From Planktothrix sp. GU0601_MAG3 (GTDB lineage Bacteria > Cyanobacteriota > Cyanobacteriia > Cyanobacteriales > Microcoleaceae), in contig CP136572.1 of the NCBI GenBank assembly GCA_035193785.1, forward strand, positions 4,116,578 through 4,180,577: a stretch of DNA of 64,000 bases, given 5' to 3'. A program made the translations under genes and the position numbers. Positions 42,473 to 54,418 of this stretch are shown here, one piece after another; the first letter of the stretch is position 1, and every line of letters begins with the position of its first letter. Under the pieces are notes generated by a model, which was given only the letters and a program-made list of their open reading frames with translations, had not been told where the DNA came from and ran no database searches.

Positions 42473-45295
42473 TCAAAACCAATTTTTAGTTTTATTTCTT
42501 TGAGATTTAAGAACAATAAACAGGGCAATAAACCCTAAACCAATTGTCATTCCAGGTTCGGGAACACTAGCGGCTTTATTCAGTGGATTATTGGGTTTAT
42601 TTAACTGTTCTTTACCATCCTCTATCTTCCGATTAAATCGATCCTTAGAGGCTTCTGCGGCTTTGAGAGCTTGACGTTGTTCATCATTCACTAGAACAAT
42701 CATCGAAGAATAGGGAGTAACAATATTATAGGTCTTGGCGATCGCATGAATAGCATCTAATTGCGCCAATTGTTGTTCTGAGTTTTTCTGACTTAATCCC
42801 TGAAACTAATAATCGCGCTGCAATTTGTTCAAACCCCTGGGATTTTTGAGCTTTTTCCGTCGTTTTTTCCATAAACCAACCATAGCCATCCGCCACGGTT
42901 AAAACCTGGGATTTTGCTTGATTTTTTCCTGATTTGGGTTGGGTTGAAACTGCCAATTTTTGGGTTAATTGTTCCGTTGTCGCCATCCGCTTCATCACTT
43001 CCGAAATATCAGTTGAAACCCCGCCCCCACTATTTTGAATCATCTTTAAAGTTCCATCTTCATAAGCACCAGCCAGGGAACCTAAATGCACAATCCACAG
43101 GGGAACTTTAAGCTGAGGAACCCCGGTTTTATCTTCCGATAATTCATAACTTCCCTCATCACTAATTAATACAATTCCGTCGTAGGTTTTATTTCCTCGC
43201 AACTGTACAAACTGGCGCAACATCTCTTTAATTTGTAAGGTTCCATAAAAGACTTTTTGATTCACCTGAAACCCTGGCAAATTATCCATAAATTGGGGTT
43301 GATTTCCCGCCGTTGCTGTTACATATAAATCCGTCTGATTCTGAGGAATAATATTCTGCTTAAACCAATCTAAGGTTTTCGCTAATTCCTGTTTATGGGT
43401 TCCCATACTGCGAGAGGTATCCAAAATAATCGCAAATCGTTGATTTTGGGGCAAAATATAATCCTTTTCCCCCAAGGGTTGAGCCGTAATTTTATAATCA
43501 GCTAAACTGACTTGATGGGATTTAATTTGCTGTTGAGCGGCGGGTAAACTAGCCTCTAACCAATCTTTTTCAAATCCTTTAATTGATTTTTGATTTCTAA
43601 TTCTTTCCGTGGCTTTTGTCCAGAAAATATTACGTTTTTCTCCCAATTTAGGCAAAGGCCATTGATTCCCTTGACCCATGACTTTATAGGTTAACCACAG
43701 ATGCAATTCTGCGGGAGGATTAGGATTATTTATCTCCCAAGAAACTGATTTCGGCGGAATAGGAAATGCACGCAGTCGATAATGTTGGGTTTCCCACCTG
43801 TTCTAACAATGCTGGGTCAACGGGACGTTCCCGTCTAACTTGAGAATTATATACTTTTTGCGCCGCCCCCCGGGGAGAAACCGTAAAGGGAAAACGGGTG
43901 GCTTTATTATTCGTATCCCCTAACCAAATACCCGTAATTACGGCGGTTTCCGGTAGGGTGAAGGAGTAAAAAATTTCCTCTACATCGTTAGTTTGATTTT
44001 GATAAATTTCGTGGATTTCCACCTCGCCCCAGTCCCCCTGTTCCTGAACAGTAACCTCTTGTTTAGATAACCAAACTTTTTTCTGATTAATATTCAATAA
44101 ACCAGCTTTAGCATCATCTAAAATAACTGTAGATTTCAGCGCGTGTTGAATCGCCAGACGTTCGGCTTTTTCAATGGGAGTATCAAAAAAATTAGCATAG
44201 AGTTTCTCGGCTTTATCCGCATCTTTCTCTAAATCTCCTTGATAAAGAAAGGGAGAAATCAGTTGATTATAACTATTCTGAATCCCATCTAAAAGAGGTT
44301 GAGGTAAATGAAAAATATCTTTATACATTGCCTCCATCGAATTACTATCTTTAACGGCTCCTAAATAACGATAGGGGGATAAATAGGCATTGACTAATCC
44401 TTTCCGAATAGATTCAGATTGGGCTAATAATTCTTGTTTTTGGGGTTCGGTTTGGGGAATATTTTCTAACTTTTGAAAGGCTAAAACTTGAGGTTGACGG
44501 AGAAAACCGATTAATAATACAGTCCAAAGGGTTACAACTCCTAATGAAATTTGGGCGGTGCGAGTCCGACCATATTGGGCTGAAAAGTTGCGTAAAATTC
44601 TTTGTCCTGAATGAACATAAAGAGCAACTAAAGCCGAAGGCATTCCTAAAAATAATGTGGCTGTTCCGGCGTAAAGAATCGTCATTACAGCAAAACCCAA
44701 GAAGAAATTATGAGTTAAATCCCACCAAAGATATTCTAAAAAATTCCATGAAAATAACTGTCGTAGGAGAACTACCGCGGCCGGAACAGCATAATAAAGC
44801 AGAACTATTCCTAAATAAAATCCGACCAATAACATCAGGCTATGAATAGCCAATTGTATTCCCGATAAAACTCCAGAGTTTTTATGCTGTTTTTTTCCTA
44901 AATATCCCCAGATTAATTCTATAAAAAAGGCAGTAATACAAATTAAAATAGTGCTTAATACAAAGCGACTGGCTGGGGTCATTTCCCGCAGGATAAATAA
45001 TCTTACCAGACAGAATAAAAATAGCGGTGCTTCTACACCATAAAATAACCGGATTAACTCTACAGGTCTTTGGCGAAAATGCCGATTGGCAATAATCACG
45101 CAAACGGTGGGAAACTGCAATTAAAGCGAGTATTGTTAAAGTAAATTCTAGTTCGATTTGTCCAGCAAAGGTGGCCAAAACCAGGAAAATTGCTAGAAAG
45201 GGTAAAATCCAAATATAAACAACGGTGAGGAAGGTTACATTCCACAACCAAAAAATTAATCCAAATAGAGCATGAAGGGTTTTAGTTATATTCAT
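42473..45295 (-). CDS. PEP-CTERM integral membrane protein (TIGR02921-like, VIT/vWA-like domains); apparent frameshifts at 45111, 43789 and 42802
   Basis: Multi-TM N-terminus, VDPALLEQVG VIT-like motif, LDTSRSM, VTPYSSMIVLVN, C-terminal VPEP-TM-basic tail. Confidence 0.85.
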
Positions 45296-45454
45296 ATCGC
45301 CTGATTAAGCTGTGATGAAAGTAGAAGATTTGAACAAAAACTATCGCACTCACTCAATCTTCAAGTTTAACGATCTACACTTGAGCTATCAACGATTACT
45401 GAATTGTTGATATATAAGTTTACAATTTTTTTTATATGAAATTTTACCCCAATA

Positions 45455-45488
45455 AAAAAGCTCAGGTATTACTACCTAAGCTTTTTTA
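45455..45488 (-). terminator. Intrinsic terminator of rbp copy 1
   Basis: AAAAAAGCTCAGGTA-TTAC-TACCTAAGCTTTTTT hairpin; paralogous hairpin at about 46113-46146. Confidence 0.65.
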
Positions 45489-45548
45489 TTTAGATGAAAT
45501 CGAGGATATCCTCGCAGTCAATCCTAATTGGAGTGGTCAAGAAGCAAT

Positions 45549-45858
45549 TTAATAGCGACCACGACCACCATAGCCACCGCCACCTGAGCGACCGCCACCG
45601 CTACTTCCTCGGTCTTCTTTAGGTTTGGCCTTGTTCACTTTCAAACTTCGACCCATCCATTCTGCTCCATCTAGTGCTTCAATAGCTGCTGTTTCTTCTG
45701 CGTCACTTCCCATTTCCACAAAAGCAAAGCCCCGCATTCGACCTGTTTCACGATCTGTAGGGAGTTGAAACCCCTTTAACAGCACCGTACTCTGAAAAGA
45801 CCTGTTTTAGATCGTCTTGAGTGACTTCATAAGAAAGATTACCGACATAAATAGACAT
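45549..45858 (-). CDS. Glycine-rich RRM RNA-binding protein (RbpA type); apparent frameshift at 45767
   Basis: [12 protein letters not shown]...RGFAFV...GGRGRY. Confidence 0.92.
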
Positions 45859-45862
45859 AGAA

Positions 45863-45974
45863 TATCTCCAAAATCAAAATAGTGCGGAGGTTAGAATTTC
45901 GGAGAGAAGCCTGTCCAAACCAAACGGGAAATGCCCATCAAGACTACAAACAAAAGCTACGACCGAATTTTACT
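45863..45974 (-). promoter_or_regulatory. Conserved rbp 5' leader, copy 1
   Basis: 111/112 identical to 46529-46640; contains TTCGG and TCTCCGAA boxes on the mRNA strand. Confidence 0.75.
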
Positions 45975-46182
45975 TTCATCAACCAATTTAGTATAATCTA
46001 ATTTTTAACTAAATTGACAATTCTGAAACAATTACCAAAATTTTTGCTTGACTGAGGAACTTTTTAATCTTAGGATTCAGCCCTATCTAGCAACCTCAAC
46101 CAATCTCAAATAAGAAAGCTCAGGTATAACTACCCAAGCTTTCTTATTTAGATGAAATCTAGCCTATGCTCGCAGTCAAATC

Positions 46183-46524
46183 TTAATAACTGCGACCACC
46201 GCCGCCGCCACCGCGACCACCGCCGCCGCCACTGCGACCACCGCCGCCACCATAGGAGCGATTACCGCCGCCACCCGAATTCTCACGGGGTTTGGCTTTG
46301 TTCACTTTCATGGTGCGACCCATCCAATCAGCACCATCGAGTTCTTCAATGGCTTTGTCTTCTTGAGCTTCAGTTTCCATTTCCACAAAGGCAAAACCTC
46401 TGACCCGGCCTGTTTCACGGTCTTTAGGAAGTTGAACCCGTTTAACTTCACCATACTCAGCAAAGACGCTGCTCAGATCTTCCTCGTTGACCTCGTAGGC
46501 AAGATTACCGACATAAATAGACAT
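46183..46524 (-). CDS. Glycine-rich RRM RNA-binding protein (RbpA type)
   Basis: Intact ORF with RNP1/RNP2 motifs and Gly-rich tail. Confidence 0.95.
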   Translation of the reverse strand: MSIYVGNLAYEVNEEDLSSVFAEYGEVKRVQLPKDRETGRVRGFAFVEMETEAQEDKAIEELDGADWMGRTMKVNKAKPRENSGGGGNRSYGGGGGRSGGGGGRGGGGGGRSY

Positions 46525-46528
46525 AAGG

Positions 46529-46640
46529 TATCTCCAAAATCAAAATAGTGCGGAGGTTAGAATTTCGGAGAGAAGCCTGTCCAAACCAAACGGGAAATGC
46601 CCATCAAGACTACAAACAAAAGCTACAACCGAATTTTACT
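46529..46640 (-). promoter_or_regulatory. Conserved rbp 5' leader, copy 2
   Basis: Near-perfect duplicate of 45863-45974. Confidence 0.75.
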
Positions 46641-46870
46641 CTCACTGATTACTTTAGCACAACCTGTTAAAAAACAAGCACCGACACTCCCGCAACAATC
46701 CTGGGGATTGATCTGAGGACTCTTGCTTCACGGAGGAACACTTTTAGTGCAAGCACTTCCAGTCTGATGTCCTCTCCACAAGCCCAAAATTTGGTATGTC
46801 TATCTTACACAAAAAAAACCTTTGCCCACCAATTTCCCTAGCATTTACTAGATCTGCGTGGGTCAAATTT

Positions 46871-47174
46871 TTAGTAACGTCGTGAGTAATTTTGTTTATC
46901 TCCCCAGTTACCACCGGAAGGTTTACGCTCTTCCCGGGGTCTGGCTTTATTCACTTTCAGAACTCGACCCATCCATTCTGCTGAATCGAGTTCACCAATT
47001 GCTTTGGTTTCTTCGTCATCCGTTGCCATTTTGATGAAGCCAAAACCCCGTTTTCTTTGGGTTTCCCGGTCAATAGGGATTTGAACATCTGTGACAGAAA
47101 CCATACTCACCAAAAACTGCTGTGAGATCGGTTTCTGTTACGTCGTAAGACAGATTGCCTACATAAATCGTCAT
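46871..47174 (-). CDS. RRM RNA-binding protein, short tail; apparent frameshift at 47097
   Basis: [12 protein letters not shown]...RGFGFI...SRRY. Confidence 0.9.
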
Positions 47175-47499
47175 TAATTACCTTTTTGGTCAAAAATCAA
47201 GGGGTGTGCGGAGATTGGAACTCGGAGGCAAACGGGTAGAACTTACACTAAAGAGCAAAAACATTCCTGATGCCCTAGCGAACTAGGCTACCGATATCTA
47301 ATCTTTCCAGCATTGTAACGTTGCTTTTGTGAAAAAGCTATATCTATCCCCATTATAGAGTTAATTTCTTTGACTCGATTGTGCTTGAACTGAAGCCCCT
47401 CTAGTGTCTGATCCTATTGTTAAATATTGTAAAGGATGGTTTGGGTATTATTTAAGTATCCCATTGTCTCACGGATATCTATTCGGAGTTAAATTTCCA

Positions 47500-49776
47500 C
47501 TAACCAAGCTGACTGATTAGGAACTCCGTTGCTTTGGAACAGTCCAATGGCTCAGAAATTAAATAACCCTGTCCATAATTACACCCCAACTCGGTTAGTT
47601 TGTCTAACTGGATTTTCGTTTCAACGCCTTCTGCTACCACATCCATTCCCAAACTATGGGCTAACAAAATAATTGTACGAATAATTTCCGCCCCTTTTGA
47701 TTTAGACTGGATTTCACGGATTAAAGCCTGTCTTAACTGATTTTCTCGTTCTAAAATTTGCCGGGCTGGAATCTGCATAGCCTGGGTTAATATTTGATAA
47801 CAACCTTTGCCTAAATGTTTGGCATTATACATGGCAATATCCGCATCTCTAATTACGGCTTCCGCTTGAGAATATCCCATGGAACTGAGGGTAATTCCAA
47901 TACTAACTCCGATAAAAATCTGGTTATCATTAATATAAATAAAAATCTGGTTATCATTAATATAAAAAGGACGTTTAAGCTGTTCAATAATGCGTTGGGC
48001 TATATCCGTCACTTCATCTTGATTATGAATATTTTCTAGTAAAACAATAAACTCATCTCCCCCAAGTCTGGCAACGGTATCCTGAGATTTGATTTCCGAT
48101 CTGATGCGATGGGCTACACTCTTTAATAATTCATCTCCGACCAAATGACCCAAACTATCATTAATCACTTTAAAACGATCTAAATCCAAAAATAAAACCG
48201 CATATAAATAATTACTTATCTTTTGATTAATCTCAATTAAATGCTGAATTTTATTTAATAACCAAGCTCGATTAGGCAGCCCGGTTAAACTATCGTGAAA
48301 AGCATCAAATTTTAGTTTTTCCTCCTGTTTTAATAATTGTACTTGTGTTTTTTGTAAATTTTCTAAAGCCAGAGAAAGTTCAACCGTTCTTTGATAGACT
48401 CTATCTTCTAATTTTTTATTATAGTTTTCAAGATCTGCCTTGGCTTCTTTTAGTTCCGCCGTGCGTGCTGCTACTCGAATTTCTAACTCCTCAAAAGCGC
48501 ACTTTAATCGCTGAGTCATTTGATTAAATGACCTCGCCAAAATTCCCAATTCATCCTCTCGATTTACTTCAATATTTTGGTCTAATTCGCCTTGGGCGAT
48601 CGCTTCAGTTGCCTGACTTAATTGAATCAGAGGAGCCGTAATTCTATGGGCTGTTATTATCCCTAAAATTGTTGCTATCACCAAGGCTAAGATACACAGA
48701 AAGAACGTAACTCTTGTATTATGAATAATCAAATCCATGAAATCCCGTTCGGGAACCACAATACAAATTAACCAATCAATGCCCCTGGGATCTTCTAAGA
48801 AGGGAAAAACCTTAACAATATATCGTTCCTGATGCCATTGGAAATCTAAAGCAATAGACCTTTGAATAGACTCAAAATTTGTTACCTGATTTTGGATGGT
48901 TTTAGCCGTTTCTCTAATTAAAATATCATCACTATTAACCGCTTTTATTCTTTGAATTTTATCATTTTTAATAATAAAAGGATTACTAACGGAAGAACCA
49001 GCAATTAAAAGACCAGAACGATCTATAATAAAGCTCTGTCCAGATTTACCAATTTTCATATTCCTCAGAAAATCACTAATATCTGACAGGTATAATGCGG
49101 TATCTAGTACGCCTAATAAATGTCCTTCTCGATCATAAATGGGCAAAACGGCATCCATGGCTAAGGTTTTGTGAGCAAACCAAACATAAATCGGAGTCCA
49201 GATGCCTGTTTTAGCTTGGGTTGCCGCTTGATACCAAGGACGACGACGGGGATCATAACCATCCAATCTTTCTAAGAGTTTACCCCGTTCTCCTGTTGGG
49301 GTTAAGCGGTAAATATGAAACCAATCTTGAGTAGAATTCTGAACAATTTCCAGATTAAATTGTTGATTATTGATTCTTTGAACACCAATATATTCTCCCT
49401 GTTCACTTCCCCAAGCCAAATAATCAATGGAGGGGAAAGCCTTGATTTGACTCAGGAAAAACTGTTTTAACCGCGTAAAATCCGTTACGGAAATAAATTT
49501 TTGAGTCAGCGCGTTCCTATTCGTCTCATTCATAAGACGAGCCTGATCCAGATAGGTTTTTAGGGATAACTCTATCCGGTCACTAATTTCTTCATGTAAC
49601 TGGGCGGCTAGGTCATTGACGGCTTTTTGCCCATTTCTATGGGAAAAAAATCCCGTTATTCCCACAGCCAGCACAATTTGCAACACAAAGGGAATAACGA
49701 GTAGTTGACGGAGTGATAACTTCAGTGGTTTCAATCTCCTGGTTGTGAATAACGTTTTCAACTCTCCTATTCCCAT
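47500..49776 (-). CDS. Cache-HAMP-GGDEF protein with internally deleted EAL domain
   Basis: YDPRRRPWY Cache motif, HAMP, intact GGDEF; only the EAL start and end (VVAEGVET, GQGY) remain. Confidence 0.85.
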   Translation of the reverse strand: MGIGELKTLFTTRRLKPLKLSLRQLLVIPFVLQIVLAVGITGFFSHRNGQKAVNDLAAQLHEEISDRIELSLKTYLDQARLMNETNRNALTQKFISVTDFTRLKQFFLSQIKAFPSIDYLAWGSEQGEYIGVQRINNQQFNLEIVQNSTQDWFHIYRLTPTGERGKLLERLDGYDPRRRPWYQAATQAKTGIWTPIYVWFAHKTLAMDAVLPIYDREGHLLGVLDTALYLSDISDFLRNMKIGKSGQSFIIDRSGLLIAGSSVSNPFIIKNDKIQRIKAVNSDDILIRETAKTIQNQVTNFESIQRSIALDFQWHQERYIVKVFPFLEDPRGIDWLICIVVPERDFMDLIIHNTRVTFFLCILALVIATILGIITAHRITAPLIQLSQATEAIAQGELDQNIEVNREDELGILARSFNQMTQRLKCAFEELEIRVAARTAELKEAKADLENYNKKLEDRVYQRTVELSLALENLQKTQVQLLKQEEKLKFDAFHDSLTGLPNRAWLLNKIQHLIEINQKISNYLYAVLFLDLDRFKVINDSLGHLVGDELLKSVAHRIRSEIKSQDTVARLGGDEFIVLLENIHNQDEVTDIAQRIIEQLKRPFYINDNQIFIYINDNQIFIGVSIGITLSSMGYSQAEAVIRDADIAMYNAKHLGKGCYQILTQAMQIPARQILERENQLRQALIREIQSKSKGAEIIRTIILLAHSLGMDVVAEGVETKIQLDKLTELGCNYGQGYLISEPLDCSKATEFLISQLG

Positions 49777-49803
49777 CTTATTACCAATAACTGAATACTG
49801 AAA

Positions 49804-50409
49804 TCAAATTTTGCGAGCTTCAAACCCAACCCGAGGACAATTCATTTCCCATTCCCAAAAATCCACTAATCCGATCTGAACTGCTTGGAAGGGGACAGGT
49901 CGCAGAAACGGAATCGGATCGTAATCGGGGTTATCGGGTTCATCGGGGGAAGTTGTTCTAGCTGGGCCAGAAGCCGGGGGACGACGGGATTCTTGGGGTT
50001 CATCGTTAGCCGGGCTAGGAGTGCTGGCGCGACGCGATCCCAGGGGAACTACTTTATTTTGGGTGGAGGTGGCGGGATCGGAAGTTGGGGCGGGTCGGGA
50101 AAGATCCATCTTTACCGGATGAATCCGTTGGGCGGTAAGTTCTGCCCGCTTTTCTTTAAATCCTTCCTGTCGTTCAATGGTATTCATTCCCAAACGACCT
50201 TCGATAATAATTTGATCTCCTTGATGATATTTTTCGTGAACTTCTTGGGCGAAATTACCCCAGGCAATTACTTTTAAAGTAGCGGGCGGATCGACATCGC
50301 GTAATCCGGGAAACTGAACCAACATTTCAGTCAGGGGAATTTGATTATCGGGGGTATAACGAAGTTGCGGATCTTGAATAATCTCAGCCATTAGGATAAT
50401 ACTGTTCAT
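49804..50409 (-). CDS. Single-stranded DNA-binding family protein
   Basis: MNSIILMAEI...PQLRYT, IIEGRL OB fold; acidic DYDPIPF. Confidence 0.8.
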   Translation of the reverse strand: MNSIILMAEIIQDPQLRYTPDNQIPLTEMLVQFPGLRDVDPPATLKVIAWGNFAQEVHEKYHQGDQIIIEGRLGMNTIERQEGFKEKRAELTAQRIHPVKMDLSRPAPTSDPATSTQNKVVPLGSRRASTPSPANDEPQESRRPPASGPARTTSPDEPDNPDYDPIPFLRPVPFQAVQIGLVDFWEWEMNCPRVGFEARKI

Positions 50410-50543
50410 TTTTTGATCAATAAATTTGTTTACTGTGGGAGTGTTCTCCCTCGTGATTCATGAAACTCTCCCTAAGAGTTGAGTTTTTTCAATCATGACA
50501 TTTTTATGGGAAAATTTAAACGGTTTTCGCTTAATTTTTTGCC

Positions 50544-53076
50544 TCAAATATCTTCGCGGTGATCCATCCCTTGGGATTGATTTACAAAATCATGCACTAA
50601 GTTGCGATATTCTCGCAGGGTGGTATCAACCCAATCGCGATCAATACTATTGGCAAAAATATGAACCTGGGGTTCTCCCGCATCGGGTAAAACCAAAACC
50701 CAGTTATCATCTTGGTAGTTAATTAATTTGACCCCATCAATTAATTCTAGGTTGTCGGGGGAATGGGTTTCCACTAAATGTCGCATCAGTGCCCCCTTAA
50801 CCGTCCAAGGACAACGCACGGTATAGCGACGATGGACGACATGGGGTAAATCCGCCCGCACCTGGGTTAGTGAGCGTTCCTGGCTGGTTAACAGTTCAAT
50901 AATTTTGGCAATGGAAAACATAGCATCAAACCCGGGATGCAGTTGGGGGAAGATAAATCCCATGTCCCCACTGCCACCTAAAACTACGTTAGGATTGCGG
51001 TGACAAGCTTCCATTAAGGCCGTGGGATTCGCTTTGGTGCGGATGACTTTAGCATCGTAACGACGGGCAATTTGTTCGACGGCCGAAGAAGTATGTACCG
51101 GAACCACGATGGTACCGCGGGGATGGGAAGTTAAAACCATATTCACCATTAGAGAGGTTAAAAATTCCCCTCGGATGGGACTTCCGGTTTCATCTACTAA
51201 CATAAATTGTTCCCCATTGGCATAAACCTGGGCGCCAAAATTAGCGCGTAGTGCTTCTACGACTCGCCCTAATTGATCGAGTAAATTTTCCCGTTCGGGA
51301 ACCGATAAAGCGGTATGATTTAAACTAGCATTTAAAACCACCGCATCACAACCAAATTTCGCTAAAAGTTGGGGTAAAATTGCTCCAGAAACCGCATAAA
51401 CATAGTCGATCACAACCTTGGCATTACTGTAGCGTAAAATTTCACTATTGATATGTTTACTAAAACTGGCGCTATAAATATCTAACAAATCAACTGTATA
51501 ACTGACGTTACCAATTTCGGGAATTTGCGCCCGTCTTAAGTCTTCCTTGAAATAGGCCCCTTCAATTTTTTTCTCCTTAGTTTTGGTAATACTAATCCCT
51601 TTATTATCCAGAAATTCAATTAATAGATAGTCGGCCCGTTCTGGGGAGAGGCGAACGTGAATTCCTCCGGCAACATTTAAAGTAGGAATAGCCGTGCGAG
51701 TGATGGGAATGGCGGTGGCATCTAAGTTAATAATATTCACCCCAACGGACATTAAACCCGCCACTAAAGAACGAGTTACCATCCGAGAAATTGGCCGTTG
51801 ATCCCGGGAAACTGCCACCAAAGAACCGGGTTTTAAAGTTGATCCAAAAGCCGCCCCCAATTTAACCGCAAATTCCGGGGTGATATCAATATTGGCTAAT
51901 CCTTGTACCCCCCGTTGGCCGAATAAGTTGCGTTGGGCCGTATTCCCCCAAATTAAATTAATATTCAGAGTGGCCCCGGATTCGATTTTTTTACTCGGCC
52001 AAACCCGCACCCCGGGACTGATTTGGGCTTCTTCCCCCACACTGGATAAGGAAACCCACCACCGCCCCTTCTAGGACATGGGCGCGACGACCTACCCGCG
52101 CACCCCGGGCAATCACACAGGCGCGTAAATGGGCATCATCCCCAATAATTGCCCCATTCCAAATAATCGGTCGTTTGATATTGGCATCGGCCCCGATGGT
52201 GATATTATCGCCAATTACGCTTCCGGCTTCAATTTGTGCCCGCGCCCCGATGCGACAATTGCGACCAATTAAAACCGGGGTTTCGATGATGGCGGTTTCA
52301 TCAATAAAGGTATTTTCCCCAATCCACAGACCCGGAGAACGTTCGGGATAGGCAATTTTGAGTTTGACTTTCCCCATTAAGGCATCATAATGGGCTTCTC
52401 GATAGATGTCTAAATGACCAATATCACACCAATAATTATTAGCAATAAACCCATACATGGGTATGCCTTTTTCCAAAAGTAAGGGGAATAAATCTTGGGA
52501 AAAATCACATTCTTGATCAAAGGGCAAATATTCTAAAACCTCTGGTTCTAAAATATAGGTTCCGGTATTCACCGTGTCGGAAAAAACTTCACTGGCGGCG
52601 GGTTTTTCTAAGAAGCGACTAATTCGATTATTTTCGTCGGTAATGACCACACCAAATTCAATGGGGTTGGGCATTCGGGTTAAAATCAAGGTGGCTTTGG
52701 ATTGTTTCCGATGATGAAATTCGATCGCGGCAGTTAAGTCAAAATCCGTAACACTATCTCCACTGATTACAAGAAAGGTTTGATCCAAAAGTTCGGCAAT
52801 ATTTTTGACACAACCTGCGGTTCCCAGGGGTTGATCTTCTTCTACCGCATAGGTGATTTGTACCCCTAAATGACTGCCATCATGGAAATATTCTCGCATC
52901 ACATCGGGGAGATAATGCAATGTGGCGACCACTTCTGTAATATTATGTTGTTTGAGGAGATTGATAATATGTTCGGCAATCGGACGATTGAGTATCGGCA
53001 CCATCGGTTTAGGCAGATCGCAGGTTAACGGTCGTAGTCGCGTTCCTGATCCACCCGCCATTAGCACTGCTCGCAT
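50544..53076 (-). CDS. Mannose-1-phosphate guanylyltransferase / phosphomannomutase-like fusion; apparent frameshift at 52051
   Basis: MAGGSGTRLRPLT, hexapeptide repeats and PGM/PMM-like C-terminal domain. Confidence 0.9.
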
Positions 53077-53398
53077 ATATCCTCCTGATTGATTTAGGCT
53101 GATTTGGTGATCCGGTGTTTTCCAGATTTGAGCACAGCTAGGTTTTTAAATAAATCTGTTATAATCAAAAACCTTCTCAATAGTAGAATAGCAAATTTCC
53201 TATTGCATCGCTAAAAATATTAAAACGATTCTCTCTTGTGATCGTTAATTTTTGTGAAAATTCCGCAATTTTATTCCCTCGGGAAAAGTTACTAGCCGAT
53301 CAGTTAAGCTGTTGTCGCATCTAAATCGGTTGTTTAGATGCTAGAATAAAGCAAAGTTAATTTGTCTGTAATCCTTCAGGTACAAAATCCTTCAGATT

Positions 53399-53596
53399 AT
53401 GAATCCCCTAATTACCTTAGTATTGGTCGCCCTGTATGTAGGTGGAATCTGGAAATTTTGGACGGGGTTTGAAAATACCAACTTCAACCGCAGTTTCCAA
53501 AACCGTCTGATCTTCTCCCTGTTATGGCCAGTTTTGTTTGTGTTTAATTCTTCCTATCGGAAAAACTTTAAAAAAGCATTGAAAGGCTCAAAATAG
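53399..53596 (+). CDS. Small membrane hypothetical protein
   Basis: GGIWKFWTGF...LLWP...YRKNFKKALKG; two TM segments. Confidence 0.7.
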   Translation: MNPLITLVLVALYVGGIWKFWTGFENTNFNRSFQNRLIFSLLWPVLFVFNSSYRKNFKKALKGSK

Positions 53597-53688
53597 ATTG
53601 CTATAGCAATTCCCGCCGAGGTCGTAATCTTTAATTGTGGCGGTTTGTTCTCCAAACCTAGGGGTTTTTTTCACAAATCTTACAATGA

Positions 53689-54410
53689 ATGGCTAAATCT
53701 TCTAGTTCATCGGGTTTTTTCAATTTGTCTGTGAGTTTCCGACCCTTTGGAAAGGGCGATCGCTGCGGTTGCCAATCGTTTTAATCGAGAATATCAGGGG
53801 GGAGCTTTTGATTTACCCCCAGAGATTGAAACGATGGAAATTTTTCGCGATCGCATGGCGGGAACTTTATCAGAAAAAATCACTTCTCCCTTTTGGGAAA
53901 TTGCCAAACCGCAAAAAAATCAGCACTGTTTAGATATTGGTTGCGGGGTGAGTTTTTTGGTTTACCCCTGGCGAGATTGGGCGGCTTTATTTTATGGTCA
54001 AGAAATTAGTACGGTGGCTAGGGATGCCCTGAATATTCGAGGGCCACAGTTAAATTCTAAACTGTTTAAAGGAGTAACTTTAGCCCCCGGTCATCAATTA
54101 CAATATGAGGCGAATCAGTTTGATTTGGCGATCGCCACGGGATGGAGTTGTTACTATCCGATCAGTTATTGGGAATTAGTTTTAAAAGAAGTCAAGCGGG
54201 TAGTTAAACCCGGGGGAGATTTTGTTTTTGATGTGTTGATTCCCGATGCTGAATTAGCCGAAGATTGGGCAATTTTAGAAACCTATTTAGGCACAGAAGT
54301 TTTCTTAGAAACCCTAGAAAATTGGGAAACGATCATCAAAGCAACGGGGGCAAAAATTTTAAAACGCCAGCCCGGAAACCCTATTTCAACTTTATAAAAT
54401 CCGCTTTTAA
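53689..54410 (+). CDS. Class I SAM-dependent methyltransferase; apparent frameshifts at 53735 and 54375
   Basis: LDIGCG and KRVVKPGG motifs; both ends restored by single-base removal. Confidence 0.8.
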
Positions 54411-54418
54411 ACGGAATC

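Noticed and set aside
46152..46403. His/Arg-rich 83-aa ORF
   Set aside because: Antisense shadow of the glycine-rich tail of the rbp gene
49804..49910. Extra frameshift at GAAAC (about 49905) extending the SSB C-terminus beyond DPIPF
   Set aside because: The motif is present, but correction gives no clearly better terminus; not counted among the 29 sites
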